Shown: positions 24,909-35,635, counted from the first letter of the stretch. The stretch is 43,136 bases of DNA from Sphingomonadaceae bacterium (GCA_050261575.1 JBLNDL010000095.1:1-43136), one strand, 5' to 3'. Numbers and translations are program-made. Notes: generated by a model not told the origin, from the sequence alone.

Positions 24909-25835
24909 GTGCCCAGGAGTCAACAGGTCCCGTCGCCCGAAGCTGCGCCGGTCAGGCAGCGATCGCTGCCCCTGGCACTGCTCGTCTCCCTGCGTCCCAA
25001 GCAGTGGACCAAGAACGGTCTGCTCTTCCTCGCACTGGTCTTCGCCCGGGCTCTGGGCGAGCCGGACCTCGTCGGCAGGGGCTTCCTCGCCTTCGTCGAC
25101 TTCTGCGTGCTGGCCTCGGCCACCTACCTGATCAACGACCTGATGGATCTGGAGCAGGACCGCCAGCACCCCACCAAACGCAAGCGCCCCATCGCCGCCG
25201 GGCAGGTTTCCCCGAAGCTCGCTGCCGGGACAGCCGCCTGCCTGCTGTCGGCGGCGCTGGCGCTGGCAGTGGCCCTCGGGTCCGCCTTTGCCCTGTCGGC
25301 GATCCTCTACCTTACGCTGACCGTCTCCTACACCTTGTGGCTAAAGCACCAGGTGATACTCGACGTCCTGGCAGTGGCGGCCGGCTTCGTGCTGCGGGCA
25401 GCCGCCGGGGCCGTGGCGATCGGGGTACCCATCTCGCCCTGGCTGTACGTGGTCACCATGCTCGGAGCGCTGTTCCTCGCCATCGGCAAGCGGCGCCACG
25501 AGCTCATGCTGCTCCAAGGCGCCGCCGTGAACCACCGCCCCATCTTGGGGGAGTACAACCTGCCCCTTCTCGACCAGATGATGTCGGTGGTAACGTCGGC
25601 CACGGTGATCGCGTACAGCCTCTACAGCTTCTCCGCGGAGAACCTCCCCAGGAACGGCGCGATGATGCTAACGGTGCCCTTTGTGCTGTACGGGATCTTC
25701 CGCTATCTCTACCTCATCCACATGAAGGGGGTCGGAGGCAGCCCGGACGAGCTTCTCCTGTCGGATCGCCACCTGATAGGCACCGTCCTCGGCTGGGGCG
25801 CCCTTTCCATCCTGATCCTCTACTTCGTCAAGTAG
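24909..25835 (+). CDS. UbiA-family prenyl/phosphoribosyltransferase (decaprenyl-phosphate phosphoribosyltransferase-like)
   Basis: RPKQWTKN, YLINDLMD..DRQHPTKRKRPIAAG, KRRHE, multiple TM helices; start uncertain (24858 alternative). Confidence 0.88.
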   Translation: MPRSQQVPSPEAAPVRQRSLPLALLVSLRPKQWTKNGLLFLALVFARALGEPDLVGRGFLAFVDFCVLASATYLINDLMDLEQDRQHPTKRKRPIAAGQVSPKLAAGTAACLLSAALALAVALGSAFALSAILYLTLTVSYTLWLKHQVILDVLAVAAGFVLRAAAGAVAIGVPISPWLYVVTMLGALFLAIGKRRHELMLLQGAAVNHRPILGEYNLPLLDQMMSVVTSATVIAYSLYSFSAENLPRNGAMMLTVPFVLYGIFRYLYLIHMKGVGGSPDELLLSDRHLIGTVLGWGALSILILYFVK

Positions 25836-25852
25836 CGCGCCAGAATGCGCAA

Positions 25853-25910
25853 GGGCGGGTCACCAACCCGCCCCGAGACGCGAGAAGGCAGGGGCTTGTC
25901 CCCTGCCTTG
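25853..25910. terminator. Paired hairpins (REP-like) between convergent ubiA-like gene and rpsI
   Basis: GGGCGGGT-CACCA-ACCCGCCC and AAGGCAGGGG-CTTGT-CCCCTGCCTT. Confidence 0.55.
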
Positions 25911-25971
25911 CGATACCAGGATAAGTGCAGACGCGTCGCCTTCGCAGGGCGTCCGCAGGATGGTAGCCGCT

Positions 25972-26367
25972 CTACCGCTTGGTGTACTGAGGCGCTTTTC
26001 GGGCCCGCTTGAGGCCGTACTTCTTGCGCTCCTTCACCCGTGGGTCGCGTGTCAACAGGCCGGCCTTTCGAAGCACCGGCTTCATGCTCTCGTCGGCCTT
26101 CGACAGAGCCCGCGCAAGAGCATGTCGAATCGCCCCTGCCTGGCCGACGATGCCGCCACCGTGGACTCGGACGATCGCATTGAAGCTGGAAGCGCTGTTC
26201 GTCAGCCTCAAGGGCAAAACCACCATGTCCTGCCAGGCAGCTCGAGGGAAACGCGCCTTCAGGTCCATCCCGTTGATCGTGATCCCACCGTTGCCGGGTG
26301 ATAGCAGTACCCGAGCCACGGCGGTCTTGCGTCTACCTACCGCCGCAATCTGATCCATGTTTGCCAC
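25972..26367 (-). CDS. rpsI: 30S ribosomal protein S9
   Basis: GRRKTAVARV, KERKKYG, APQYTKR. Confidence 0.97.
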   Translation of the reverse strand: MANMDQIAAVGRRKTAVARVLLSPGNGGITINGMDLKARFPRAAWQDMVVLPLRLTNSASSFNAIVRVHGGGIVGQAGAIRHALARALSKADESMKPVLRKAGLLTRDPRVKERKKYGLKRARKAPQYTKR

Positions 26368-26384
26368 TACGTACTCCTTTAGTA

Positions 26385-26504
26385 GCTGTCAGCTTTCAGC
26401 CATCGGCAGTCGGCTCTCGGCCTTCTGCGACGACCAGGACCTTCGATAAACCCGCCAGTCTCGCTTCAGGCTGACTGCTGACCGCTTCCTGCCGACTGCT
26501 GATG
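26385..26504. repeat. Heptamer inverted-repeat element, family B (GCTRTCA/GCTGAYN)
   Basis: GCTGTCA GCTTTCA GCCATCG GCAGTCG GCTCTCG ... GCTGACT GCTGACC GCTTCCT GCCGACT GCTGATG. Confidence 0.8.
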
Positions 26505-26918
26505 ACGAGCGGTCTGCGCACCGTGCGGATGCGTGGGACCTGCATACACCTTCAGCTTGCGGTACATGGCACGACCCAGGGCGTTGTGAGGGAGCATCCC
26601 GCGCACTGCATGCTCGATCACCCGGGTAGGATGGCTGCGCAGTTGCGTGCCCAGTGTGACGGCACGGAGACCGCCGGGATACCCGGAGTGCCGGTAGTAA
26701 CGCTTCTCCTCCAGCTTGTCCCCGGTGACTCGCACCTTCTCGGCGTTGATCACCACGACGAAGTCCCCACAATCCATGTGGGGGGCGTAGTATGGCTTGT
26801 GCTTGCCCTTCAGCAGTTGCGCTATCTGTGTTGCAAGCCGACCGAGCGTCTGGCCGGATGCATCGATGACATGCCAGCTCCTGACGATCTCGGAGGCCTT
26901 CGGACTATAGGTCTTCAC
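26466..26918 (-). CDS. rplM: 50S ribosomal protein L13
   Basis: LGRLAT, GKHKP, HSGYPGG, KLKVYAG. Confidence 0.97.
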   Translation of the reverse strand: MKTYSPKASEIVRSWHVIDASGQTLGRLATQIAQLLKGKHKPYYAPHMDCGDFVVVINAEKVRVTGDKLEEKRYYRHSGYPGGLRAVTLGTQLRSHPTRVIEHAVRGMLPHNALGRAMYRKLKVYAGPTHPHGAQTARHQQSAGSGQQSA

Positions 26919-26928
26919 CCGCCCTCCT

Positions 26929-27681
26929 TCAGTACTCCACACCTACGAGCATCAGACCGTGAGCCGGCACCTTCGCCTCGGAAAGCAGTGGATCGCTGCG
27001 ATCCAGCATCTCCCGGAACTGCTCCGGCGTCCACTTCCTGAGCCCGACTTTCAGCATAGAGCCAACCATGTTTCTGATCATGTGCGGCAAGAACGCAGTC
27101 CCGACGACGTCGAAATCCACCGTCGGTGCCGTTCCGTGCCATTCGGCCTCGAACAGGGTCCGAACGGTGGTACGCCGCCGGCCGGCAGCCAGGTAACTGG
27201 TAAGCCCGTAGGTAAAGCAGGCGAAATCCCGCGTGCCTATCAGGCTACTGGCTGCTTCGTTCATTGCCTCCAGGTCCACGGGTTCGCCCACGTGAAGCCT
27301 GTAGCGCCTAGTCCAGACGGATGGCAACTCGGCGTTCCACAGCGAGTAGCGGTAGTGCCTGCGCTTCGCACTCCGCCTCGCGTGGAACCCCTCGGGAGCC
27401 TCCGCCACCTCCTTGACCACCAGGTCGTCCGGTAGGTTCGCGTTGAGAGCCCGCCTCAAGACCAGGGGAGGGAGCCGCGACTCGGTCTTGAAGGATACCA
27501 CCTGCCCCAACGCGTGGGCGCCGGCATCGGTCCTTCCCGAACCCACCACCCGGGTCCGCACTCCGGTGACCTTGGCGATGGCACCCTCCAACTCCCCTTG
27601 AACGGTACGCAGCCGCGACTGGATCGCGAAACCGTGGAAGTCGGTACCGTCGTACTCGACCACCATCACGATGTTCCGCAA
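26929..27681 (-). CDS. truA: tRNA pseudouridine(38-40) synthase
   Basis: [30 protein letters not shown]. Confidence 0.93.
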   Translation of the reverse strand: MRNIVMVVEYDGTDFHGFAIQSRLRTVQGELEGAIAKVTGVRTRVVGSGRTDAGAHALGQVVSFKTESRLPPLVLRRALNANLPDDLVVKEVAEAPEGFHARRSAKRRHYRYSLWNAELPSVWTRRYRLHVGEPVDLEAMNEAASSLIGTRDFACFTYGLTSYLAAGRRRTTVRTLFEAEWHGTAPTVDFDVVGTAFLPHMIRNMVGSMLKVGLRKWTPEQFREMLDRSDPLLSEAKVPAHGLMLVGVEY

Positions 27682-27750
27682 GGCTCCAACCACCCCACAC
27701 CGGGCGTGCGGGGCGACAGACCAACCCTCGAACCCCGCTGGCGCGCCTGT

Positions 27751-28104
27751 CTAGATCACGAGTTCCAACTGCACCATGAGAGCGGCGTCTCCCTTGCGGG
27801 GGCCGATCCGGATGATCCGGGTGTAGCCGCCGGGTCTCTCCTGGAAGCGCGGCGCTAACGTGGAGAAGAGCTTCTCCACCACCTCGGGATCGTACAACGC
27901 GGCGAGAGCCTGGCGGCGGGCGTGCAAACCGCCGCCCTTGGCCTTGGTGATGATCTCCTCGGCCAGCCGCTTCACCTCCTTGGCCTTCGCCTCGGTGGTC
28001 CGGATCTTCTCGTAGCGCAGCAAGTCTGTCATCAGGTTCCTATACAAGGCCAGCCGGTGATCCGTGGGCCTTCCCAGCTTTCGGCCAGCAACTCGGTGTC
28101 TCAC
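27751..28104 (-). CDS. rplQ: 50S ribosomal protein L17
   Basis: RHRVAGRKLGR, TTEAKAKE, RPGGYTRI. Confidence 0.97.
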   Translation of the reverse strand: MRHRVAGRKLGRPTDHRLALYRNLMTDLLRYEKIRTTEAKAKEVKRLAEEIITKAKGGGLHARRQALAALYDPEVVEKLFSTLAPRFQERPGGYTRIIRIGPRKGDAALMVQLELVI

Positions 28105-28126
28105 TCGCCAGTCCCTCCAGTTAACC

Positions 28127-29224
28127 CTACTCCTCGTCCTGGCCGCCGGCCGCGACCTCTTCGGCCTCATGCCCGAGCTCCTCGGTCTCTCCCATCTCGA
28201 CACCAAAGCCGGCCTCGTCGGAAACCAAGGACTGCTCTTCCTCTTTAGAAGCCTCAGCGGCGCCCTTTTCGGCCTCCTCGCCAGCTTCGGCAGTGGCACC
28301 GGCTGGGGCGTAGCCCAAAGCCTCCAACCGCTGCTTCAACTCGTCCAACGACTTCTGGCCGAAGTTTCGCACGGCCAGCAGGTCGTCTTCGCTCATCTCC
28401 AGCAGTTGGCCGATCTTGGTTATGCCCGACCGCTTCAGGCAATTGTAGGCGCGCACCGAGAGATCGAGGTCCTCAATGGGGCGGTCATAGTCCTTGCCCG
28501 CCGTGGCGCGGGTCCCGATGACCACCCTCTCGCCACGCTTGCCGGCTGGGCCCAGCTCCGTGAAGATGGAGAAGTAGCGCACCAGGGTGTTGGCGCTCTC
28601 GCTGAGCGCATCGGCAGGGCTGATGCTTCCGTCGGTAAGGATATCGATCACAAGCCGATCCAGATCCGTGCGCGAGCCCACCCGCACGTGTTCGACGGTG
28701 TAATTCACCCTCCGGACCGGTGTGAAGATGGCGTCGATAGGAATGACCCCGATCGAAGGGGCCTCGCGCCCATCCGAGGGAAGATAGCCCTTTCCCTTCT
28801 CGACCACCAACTCCATGTCCAGTACCGCCTCAGGCGAGTCCAGGGTCGCCAGGTACTGCTCCGGATTGACGATCTCCACGTCACTCGGGGTGACGAGATC
28901 CGCCGCGGTCACCACACCAGGACCCTTCGCCTGCAGACGAATCTGCACCGGCTGGTCCGAGTAGCTCTTGAGCCGAATCTTCTTCACGTTCAGGATCAAT
29001 TCCGTGGTGTCCTCCCGAACCCCCGGAACCGTCGCAAACTCGTGATAGACTCCATCAATCTTTAGGGAAGTAACGGCAGCACCTGGCAGTGAAGACAGCA
29101 GGACGCGCCGCAGGGCGTTGCCTAGGGTCACACCGTAACCGGGCTCGAGGGGCTCGATCTGGAAGGTCCCCTGGTTTTCGGTCGTCTTGACACTCTCGAC
29201 CTTCGGCATATATGTTTCCAGCAA
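28127..29224 (-). CDS. rpoA: DNA-directed RNA polymerase alpha subunit
   Basis: EPLEPGYGVTLGNALRRVLLSS, LSVRAYNCLKR, NFGQKS. Confidence 0.97.
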   Translation of the reverse strand: MLETYMPKVESVKTTENQGTFQIEPLEPGYGVTLGNALRRVLLSSLPGAAVTSLKIDGVYHEFATVPGVREDTTELILNVKKIRLKSYSDQPVQIRLQAKGPGVVTAADLVTPSDVEIVNPEQYLATLDSPEAVLDMELVVEKGKGYLPSDGREAPSIGVIPIDAIFTPVRRVNYTVEHVRVGSRTDLDRLVIDILTDGSISPADALSESANTLVRYFSIFTELGPAGKRGERVVIGTRATAGKDYDRPIEDLDLSVRAYNCLKRSGITKIGQLLEMSEDDLLAVRNFGQKSLDELKQRLEALGYAPAGATAEAGEEAEKGAAEASKEEEQSLVSDEAGFGVEMGETEELGHEAEEVAAGGQDEE

Positions 29225-29316
29225 GGCTGAAGCCTCCTTCGTATTTCCGGGAGAAACGGCTCCAGTAAGGATCCTTCCTCTTCCTGGCCAGCCGCCAAGT
29301 TGCCTGTCCCGGTCGA

Positions 29317-29943
29317 TTACCGAGAGTAATACTCCACCACCAACTGCTCGCTGACGGCGGTGTCGATTTCCTCCCGTGTCGGCACAGCCAGCACCCGTCC
29401 AGACATCCCATCCGCGTCCAAGCTCAACCACTTGGGAATGGTCTTCTTGGCCATCGAGGGGATAACCGTCTGGAAGTACTCGTCATCCCTGCTTCCCTCG
29501 TGTACGCTGATCACGTCACCAGGCTTCACCTGGGCCGAAGGTATATCGGTCTTACGACCACGCAGTCTGAAGTGGCCATGCCGCACGAGCTGCCGCGCCT
29601 GCGGCCTGGACGATGCCCACCCCATGCGGTACACCACGTTGTCCAGCCTCATCTCCAGGATCTGCAGCAGATTCTCGCCTGTGATCCCGGGCCGGCGCTC
29701 GGCCTCCTCGAAGCTCTTACGGAACTGCCTCTCCAGCACCCCGTAAATGCTCTTGATCTTCTGCTTCTCCCGCAACTGGGTCCCGTACTCCGAGACCTTC
29801 TTCCGTCTCTGTCCATGCTCGCCAGGGGCGTAAGCCCGCCTCTCCACCGGACACTTCGGTGTGAAGCACTTGTCGCCCTTCAAAAACAACTTCATACCCT
29901 GCCGCCGGCACAGGCGGCAGACGGCATCCGTGTACCTCGCCAT
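29317..29943 (-). CDS. rpsD: 30S ribosomal protein S4
   Basis: [27 protein letters not shown]. Confidence 0.97.
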   Translation of the reverse strand: MARYTDAVCRLCRRQGMKLFLKGDKCFTPKCPVERRAYAPGEHGQRRKKVSEYGTQLREKQKIKSIYGVLERQFRKSFEEAERRPGITGENLLQILEMRLDNVVYRMGWASSRPQARQLVRHGHFRLRGRKTDIPSAQVKPGDVISVHEGSRDDEYFQTVIPSMAKKTIPKWLSLDADGMSGRVLAVPTREEIDTAVSEQLVVEYYSR

Positions 29944-29953
29944 CCGACCTCCC

Positions 29954-30119
29954 GATTAGCTATCAGCCTTCAGCTTCCAGCCATCAGCCTTACTTGCTGC
30001 GAGCAGCACGCACAGCACCAATTCCACTCTTCTATGGGGACTCAGCCATCAACACAGCCACCCAATCACCGCCGGCAGCCTGCCGCTGACCGCTGATTGC
30101 CGATGGCTGATGGCTCACT
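29954..30119. repeat. Heptamer inverted-repeat element, family B
   Basis: GCTATCA GCCTTCA GCTTCCA GCCATCA ... GCTGACC GCTGATT GCCGATG GCTGATG GCTCACT. Confidence 0.8.
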
Positions 30120-30120
30120 C

Positions 30121-30516
30121 CTAGACCCGGCGCTTCTTTGGTGGACGGCATCCATTGTGAGGGATGGGCGTCACATCGGTGATGGCACTGATGGTCAGCC
30201 CGGCAGCCTGCAGAGAGCGAATGGCCGCCTCTCGTCCGGACCCTGGGCCCTTCACGTACACCTCGACCTGCCGCAACCCGTGCTCCATCGCCCTCCTGGC
30301 CGCACCTTCCGCCGCCAGCCCTGCTGCGTAGGGCGTGCTCTTTCGCGATCCCTTGAAACCCGCGGTTCCCGCGCTTCCCCACGATATCGTGTTGCCGTCG
30401 GGATCCGTGATGGTCACCAGGGTATTGTTGAAGCTAGACTGAATGTAGGCGTTCCCTCGCGGAATCTGCTTCCGCTCTCTCCTCCTGACCCGCGGTGCCC
30501 TTCTTCTGTCAGCCAA
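30121..30516 (-). CDS. rpsK: 30S ribosomal protein S11
   Basis: [31 protein letters not shown]. Confidence 0.97.
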   Translation of the reverse strand: MADRRRAPRVRRRERKQIPRGNAYIQSSFNNTLVTITDPDGNTISWGSAGTAGFKGSRKSTPYAAGLAAEGAARRAMEHGLRQVEVYVKGPGSGREAAIRSLQAAGLTISAITDVTPIPHNGCRPPKKRRV

Positions 30517-30589
30517 CCGATACTCCTTCTGCGCGTTATCTTCAGCCCGAACGCCCCGAGGCCGAGCCCCAGGGGCCAGAACAGGCTAC

Positions 30590-30973
30590 TTACTTCTTCG
30601 CCGAGGCCTTCTTGCGCCCGGCCACAGTCCGACGAGGACCACGCTTCGTTCGGGCATTCGTCCGAGTGCGCTGCCCGTGGACCGGCAGCCCTCTCCTGTG
30701 CCTCACGCCGCGATAGCACCCGATCTCAATCAACCGCTTGATGTTCAGGTTGACCTCTCGGCGAAGATCACCTTCCACCTTGTACTCGCGGTCGATGATC
30801 TCTCTCAGCCGTGCTACCTCATCCTCGGTGAGGTTCTTGACTCGAGTATCAGGATTGACACGCGTCCGCGCCAGGATCTTCCGGCTCGTCGTTGGGCCAA
30901 TCCCGTAAATGTACGTCAGGGCAACCTCAACTCGCTTGTCCCGCGGTATATCAACCCCTGCGATGCGGGCCAC
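30590..30973 (-). CDS. rpsM: 30S ribosomal protein S13
   Basis: [35 protein letters not shown]. Confidence 0.97.
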   Translation of the reverse strand: MARIAGVDIPRDKRVEVALTYIYGIGPTTSRKILARTRVNPDTRVKNLTEDEVARLREIIDREYKVEGDLRREVNLNIKRLIEIGCYRGVRHRRGLPVHGQRTRTNARTKRGPRRTVAGRKKASAKK

Positions 30974-31101
30974 TACCGCCTCCTTTCTCCTGTGTCCCGA
31001 TGATCCCAAGTCCCCTTCCGGGCAGAGAGCGCCACGGCGAACGCAGCGCCATCCCCGCAGTCTTCAGTGGGCGCGCCAGAGGCTACGTCCACAGCCCCAG
31101 A

Positions 31102-31215
31102 TTATCCCTGGCGCTGCTTGTGCCTGGGATTCGTACATATTACCATGACCACGCCGCGCCGCCTAATGACCTTGCACTTCTCGCAGCGGGGCTTGACCGA
31201 TGCTGACACCTTCAT
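31102..31215 (-). CDS. rpmJ: 50S ribosomal protein L36
   Basis: Hand-translated [37 protein letters not shown] (below the ORF-track size cutoff). Confidence 0.96.
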   Translation of the reverse strand: MKVSASVKPRCEKCKVIRRRGVVMVICTNPRHKQRQG

Positions 31216-31232
31216 TGGTTCACTCCGCCTGT

Positions 31233-31460
31233 CTATCTCGTTGATCGGTACACTATCCGGCCACGCGTGAGATCGTAAGGGGATAGCTCCACCTTTACCC
31301 TGTCGCCCGGCAGGATCCGGATGAAGTTCATCCGTATCTTCCCCGACACGTGGGCCAAGACCCGCAACCCGTTGGGGAGTTCGACCCGAAACATCGCGTT
31401 CGGCAACGCCTCGGTGACAACCCCCTCAACCTCGAGCGACTCGGTCCGCGACCCAGCCAT
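31233..31460 (-). CDS. infA: Translation initiation factor IF-1
   Basis: [34 protein letters not shown]. Confidence 0.97.
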   Translation of the reverse strand: MAGSRTESLEVEGVVTEALPNAMFRVELPNGLRVLAHVSGKIRMNFIRILPGDRVKVELSPYDLTRGRIVYRSTR

Positions 31461-32144
31461 CTAGCCTTGCGACTCCTTCTCGCTTTGCCCCGAGCAGGCG
31501 GCCAAGACCACCATCACCTGCTCCGTCACCTCTGGGATGGGGCGCTCCCCATCCACCTCAGCCAAGATACCCCGACTCCGGTAGTACTCGAGGACCGGCG
31601 CGGTCTGCTCGAAGTAGACCTGCAACCTCCGGCTCACGGTTTCGGGGCGATCATCAGGCCGCTGGACGAGCTGGCCACCACACCGCTCGCACACACCGGC
31701 CACCTTGGGAGGGCTGGTCCGCTCCTGGTGCGGGGTCCTGCAGACCCCACACTCCCAGCGCGCTGCCAACCTCCTTACTAGCTCCGGCTCAGAGACCTTG
31801 AGGTAGATGGCTACATCCACCCTGTCCCCTCGCCGCGCCAGCGCAGCATCCAACGCCTCGGCCTGGGCGATGTTCCTGGGAAAGCCGTCCAGCACTGCAC
31901 CCTTCGCCGCATCCGGCTGGGAAAGCCGGTCCACTACCAGGTCCACCACGAGGGCATCGGGGACTAACTCCCCCCTCTCCATGTAGCCCTTGACCTGCTT
32001 CCCCAGGTCCGTCCCCCGACGCACAGCCTCCCGCAGGACGTCCCCCGTGGCTACGTGCGGCAACCCCAGTCGCCGCGCCACCACCTCCGCCTGGGTGCCC
32101 TTGCCCGCGCCGGGTGCCCCCAGGAAAACCACGTACAACGCCAT
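31461..32144 (-). CDS. adk: Adenylate kinase
   Basis: GAPGAGKGTQ, LDGFPR, Zn LID CxxC/CxxC, QRPDD. Confidence 0.96.
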   Translation of the reverse strand: MALYVVFLGAPGAGKGTQAEVVARRLGLPHVATGDVLREAVRRGTDLGKQVKGYMERGELVPDALVVDLVVDRLSQPDAAKGAVLDGFPRNIAQAEALDAALARRGDRVDVAIYLKVSEPELVRRLAARWECGVCRTPHQERTSPPKVAGVCERCGGQLVQRPDDRPETVSRRLQVYFEQTAPVLEYYRSRGILAEVDGERPIPEVTEQVMVVLAACSGQSEKESQG

Positions 32145-32263
32145 CCTCCCACTCGAAAGAAGCCAGGCTCCCGTCGGCGGTCCTAGGGCCGGCAGACCGC
32201 GACGCGGCAGTCGCTCGCGTCACGAGGCCCCACAACCGGGGCAGTAGCCGCTTCTGCAGGCTC

Positions 32264-33553
32264 CTACTTTATAAACCCTTGATAGTGCCTCATCAGCAGT
32301 TGGGACTCCAACTGCTTCATCGTGTCCAGCACCACACCGACCACGATCAGCAAGGCCGTACTGCTCAGGGTTAGGGCCTGAACGCTGGTCAGGTTCTGCA
32401 CGAAGAAGGGCAGAACGGCTACCGCGCCCAGGAAGATGGCGCCGAACCAGGTTATCCTGATCAGCACCTTATTCAGATACTCACCCGTAGGCCGGCCGGG
32501 TCGAATGCCGGGTATGAACCCGCCATTCTTCTGCAGGCTCTCCGCGATATTCTGCTGCTGGAAGATCACCATGGTGTAGAAGAAGGTGAACCCCACCACT
32601 AGCAGGAAGTAGAGCACCCAGTACACCAGATGGGCGGGGTTGAACACCCCACTAACGAACCCAGCAACACCCGCGATCAGGCTGTTGTCCGAGTAGACGA
32701 AGTAGCTCGCCACCGTGCCGGGGAACAGCATGATCGACATCGCGAAGATCAGAGGTATCATGCCCGCGGAGTTGACCCGCATCGGGATGTGGGTGCTGCT
32801 TCCACCATACATGCGGGTCCCGCGGATCCGCTTCGCGAACTGCACCGGGATCCGGCGCTGCCCCTCTTGTACCACGACGATGGCCGCCACGGTGAGCAGG
32901 CCAAGCACCAGGAACACCAACAGTCCCAGGTAGTTCGTGCCAGCGAAGATCGACTGTCCCACCATGCCGGGCAGTCCAGCAACGATGCCGGCAAAGATGA
33001 TGATCGACACCCCGTTGCCGATCCCGTTCTCCGTGATCAACTCGCCCAGCCAGACCAGCAGCATGGTGCCGGCCGTCATACTCATGAGGATCGCGAGAGT
33101 CGGCAAGAAGTTGCTGACCAGGTTGAAGTTCTCGATCACACCCAACTGGGTGCTCGCCAGAAGCGAACCCGTCCCCAGCGCCTGCAGGAAGGCCATGGGC
33201 ACGGCCAACCAGTGGGTGTACTGGTTCAGCTTGTTGCGCCCGGCCTCACCTTCCTTCGATAGCTCCTGAAGCCTCGGAACCATCGGGATCAACAGTTGCA
33301 TGATGATGGACGCCGTGATGTAGGGGTACACCCCCATGGCGGCGACCGAGAAGTTCTTCATGGCACCGCCGGAGAAGAGGTCGAGCATACCAATCAACTG
33401 GTTGGACTCGAACAACCTCCTCAGCGCCTCAGCGTTGACCCCAGGCACCGGCACGTGCGATATGAACCGGAAAATGACCAGGATGCCGAACGTGAACAGC
33501 AGCTTCCGCCGAAGATCCGGTATCCTGAAGGCATTAACGAGGGAATCGATCAT
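32264..33553 (-). CDS. secY: Preprotein translocase subunit SecY
   Basis: GVYPYITASII, GIGNGVS, FIPGIRPG. Confidence 0.97.
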   Translation of the reverse strand: MIDSLVNAFRIPDLRRKLLFTFGILVIFRFISHVPVPGVNAEALRRLFESNQLIGMLDLFSGGAMKNFSVAAMGVYPYITASIIMQLLIPMVPRLQELSKEGEAGRNKLNQYTHWLAVPMAFLQALGTGSLLASTQLGVIENFNLVSNFLPTLAILMSMTAGTMLLVWLGELITENGIGNGVSIIIFAGIVAGLPGMVGQSIFAGTNYLGLLVFLVLGLLTVAAIVVVQEGQRRIPVQFAKRIRGTRMYGGSSTHIPMRVNSAGMIPLIFAMSIMLFPGTVASYFVYSDNSLIAGVAGFVSGVFNPAHLVYWVLYFLLVVGFTFFYTMVIFQQQNIAESLQKNGGFIPGIRPGRPTGEYLNKVLIRITWFGAIFLGAVAVLPFFVQNLTSVQALTLSSTALLIVVGVVLDTMKQLESQLLMRHYQGFIK

Positions 33554-33999
33554 TCAGTGACCCTTTCGAGGGCGCCGCCCGCCGCTTCGACCTTCTGCTG
33601 AGCGCTCTGGGACCACTGGTGCACCCGGATCCTCAGCGGCTTGGCGAGCTCTCCTCGCCCGAGCAGCTTCACCGGCAGTCTCGTGTCGCGGATGAGGCCA
33701 GCCTCCGCCAGCTCCTCGGGCGTGACCAAGCTGCCCGCCTCGAAACGATCGAGCCGATCCAGATTCACCAGATGGAACTCCTGTTTGAAGATGTTGGTGA
33801 AGCCCCGCTTGCGGGGTAGCCGCAATACCAGGGGCACCTGCCCACCCTCAAACCTGGGATTGACCTGGCCGCCCGACCGTGCCTTCTGTCCCTTCAAACC
33901 ACGGCCGGAGTAGGTACCATGGCCGGAGCCATTCCCGCGGCCCACTCTCTTTCTTGGTTTCTTGGCACCCTTGGCGGGGGCCAGTTCGTGCAGTCTCAT
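33550..33999 (-). CDS. rplO: 50S ribosomal protein L15
   Basis: [20 protein letters not shown]. Confidence 0.97.
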   Translation of the reverse strand: MRLHELAPAKGAKKPRKRVGRGNGSGHGTYSGRGLKGQKARSGGQVNPRFEGGQVPLVLRLPRKRGFTNIFKQEFHLVNLDRLDRFEAGSLVTPEELAEAGLIRDTRLPVKLLGRGELAKPLRIRVHQWSQSAQQKVEAAGGALERVTE

Positions 34000-34184
34000 G
34001 CTTCCTCTTCTTCCACCCTGACAAGGTGCCTGACTTTCTCCACCATACCGCGGACCTCCTCTGTGTCCGGCTTCTCCACGGTCTGGTGCAGGCGCCGAAG
34101 TCCGAGCGACCGGATCGTGTCCTTCTGCCGCTGCGAGTAGCCGATTGCGCTCTTCGTCCAGGTGATCACAAGCTTCTTACTCAC
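33996..34184 (-). CDS. rpmD: 50S ribosomal protein L30
   Basis: [28 protein letters not shown]. Confidence 0.95.
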   Translation of the reverse strand: MSKKLVITWTKSAIGYSQRQKDTIRSLGLRRLHQTVEKPDTEEVRGMVEKVRHLVRVEEEEA

Positions 34185-34695
34185 CGGCAGCACCTCTTCC
34201 CAACAGCTCGGCGAGCTTCTTGCCACGCTGCTGAGCCACCTTCTCGGGATCCTTCAACAGCTTCAGACCATTCACCGTGGCCTGCACAACGTTGATGGAA
34301 TTGGAGCTGCCCAGCGACTTGGTGAGGACGTCCTTCACCCCCGCCGCCTCGATCACCGCGCGCACTCCGCCGCCCGCTATCACCCCAGTACCCGGCGAGG
34401 CCGGCTTCAGGAGGACCTTGGCGGCACCGAACTGGGCGATCACCTCGTGCGGGATGGTGCTGCCGTGCAGCGGAACCCTGATGAGGTTCTTCTTCGCGTC
34501 CTCGGCCCCCTTGCGGATGGCATCGGGCACCTCGTTGGCCTTCCCGAGGCCGGCACCCACGATGCCCTGGCCGTCCCCCACGACGACGACCGCGCTGAAG
34601 CTGAAACGCCGGCCGCCCTTCACCACCTTGGCGACGCGGTTTACCTTTACGACACGCTCTTCAAGGGCCAAGCCCGATGGATCAATCTTTGCCAT
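34177..34695 (-). CDS. rpsE: 30S ribosomal protein S5
   Basis: [23 protein letters not shown]. Confidence 0.97.
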   Translation of the reverse strand: MAKIDPSGLALEERVVKVNRVAKVVKGGRRFSFSAVVVVGDGQGIVGAGLGKANEVPDAIRKGAEDAKKNLIRVPLHGSTIPHEVIAQFGAAKVLLKPASPGTGVIAGGGVRAVIEAAGVKDVLTKSLGSSNSINVVQATVNGLKLLKDPEKVAQQRGKKLAELLGRGAAGE

Positions 34696-34705
34696 TCACC
34701 GCCTC

Positions 34706-35071
34706 TCAGAACTCCAGGCCGGCGCCCCTGGCTGCATCCGCCAGCGCCTTGACGCGCCCGTGATATAGGAAACCGCCTCGATCGAACACCACCTTGCCGA
34801 TTCCTCGCTCCAAGGCGCGCTTCGCCACCACCTCGCCGACGACCTTCGCATGGTCGGTCTTTGAGCCCTTCAACTCCGCTCGAATGGCCGGATCGATATC
34901 GGACGCGGCCACGAGAGTCGAGCCAGTGGTATCATCGATGACCTGGGCATATATGTGATTGAGGCTTCTGAAGACGGCAAGGCGAGGCCTGGCTGGGGTC
35001 CCCTCCACCTTGGCCCTAAGCCGGCGGTGCCGCTTGAGCCTGGCCGCCCTAGTGTTAGATGCCTTGATCAA
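34706..35071 (-). CDS. rplR: 50S ribosomal protein L18
   Basis: [21 protein letters not shown]. Confidence 0.97.
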   Translation of the reverse strand: MIKASNTRAARLKRHRRLRAKVEGTPARPRLAVFRSLNHIYAQVIDDTTGSTLVAASDIDPAIRAELKGSKTDHAKVVGEVVAKRALERGIGKVVFDRGGFLYHGRVKALADAARGAGLEF

Positions 35072-35089
35072 AGCTACCTCCCGTTGGCC

Positions 35090-35635
35090 CTACTTCTTCT
35101 TGCCGCCGGTCTTGCCGACCTTCCTGCGGACCTGCTCCTCGGCGAACTTGATGCCCTTCCCCTTGTAGGGCTCGGGCTTCCTCACCCTTCGGATGCGGGC
35201 GGCCAACTCGCCTACCTGCTCCTTGTCGATGCCACTGACGATGATGCGGTTAGTGCCCTCGACCCCCAGGGTGATCCCCTCTGGTGCGTCCACCTGCACG
35301 GGGTGGGAGAAGCCAACCTGCAACACCACGCTCTTCCCAACCTGCTGCGCCCTGTAGCCGACGCCAGCGACCTCCAGCCTGCGGCTGAAGCCGTTGGTGA
35401 CGCCCTCGACCATGTTGGCCACAAGCGTCCTGGTGAGCCCGTGCAGCGACCGGTGAAGCCGGCTGTCCGTGGGGCGCTTCACCACGATGGTCGCGTCCTG
35501 CATCTCGATCTGCATGTCGGGGTGGAGCTTCCGGCTCAGCGTCCCCTTCGGCCCGCGCACGGTCACGAGGTTATCTTTTATGTCGACCTGTACCCCCGCG
35601 GGTACGGCTATCGGTACCTTGCCGATTCTGGACAT
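35090..35635 (-). CDS. rplF: 50S ribosomal protein L6
   Basis: [15 protein letters not shown]. Confidence 0.97.
   Translation of the reverse strand: MSRIGKVPIAVPAGVQVDIKDNLVTVRGPKGTLSRKLHPDMQIEMQDATIVVKRPTDSRLHRSLHGLTRTLVANMVEGVTNGFSRRLEVAGVGYRAQQVGKSVVLQVGFSHPVQVDAPEGITLGVEGTNRIIVSGIDKEQVGELAARIRRVRKPEPYKGKGIKFAEEQVRRKVGKTGGKKK

Noticed and set aside
29955..30026. Tiny minus-strand ORF (VELVLCVLLAASKADGWKLKADS) inside a family B element as possible cargo remnant
   Set aside because: 23 aa, no SD, and half is just the translated repeat; unsupported without a search.
30545..30585. Possible third heptamer family in the rpsM-rpsK spacer
   Set aside because: Irregular period and no inverted arm.
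32212..32238. 13-nt and 10-nt matches to the 10823-10899 intergenic region
   Set aside because: Short GC-rich matches could be chance; no clear shared architecture.
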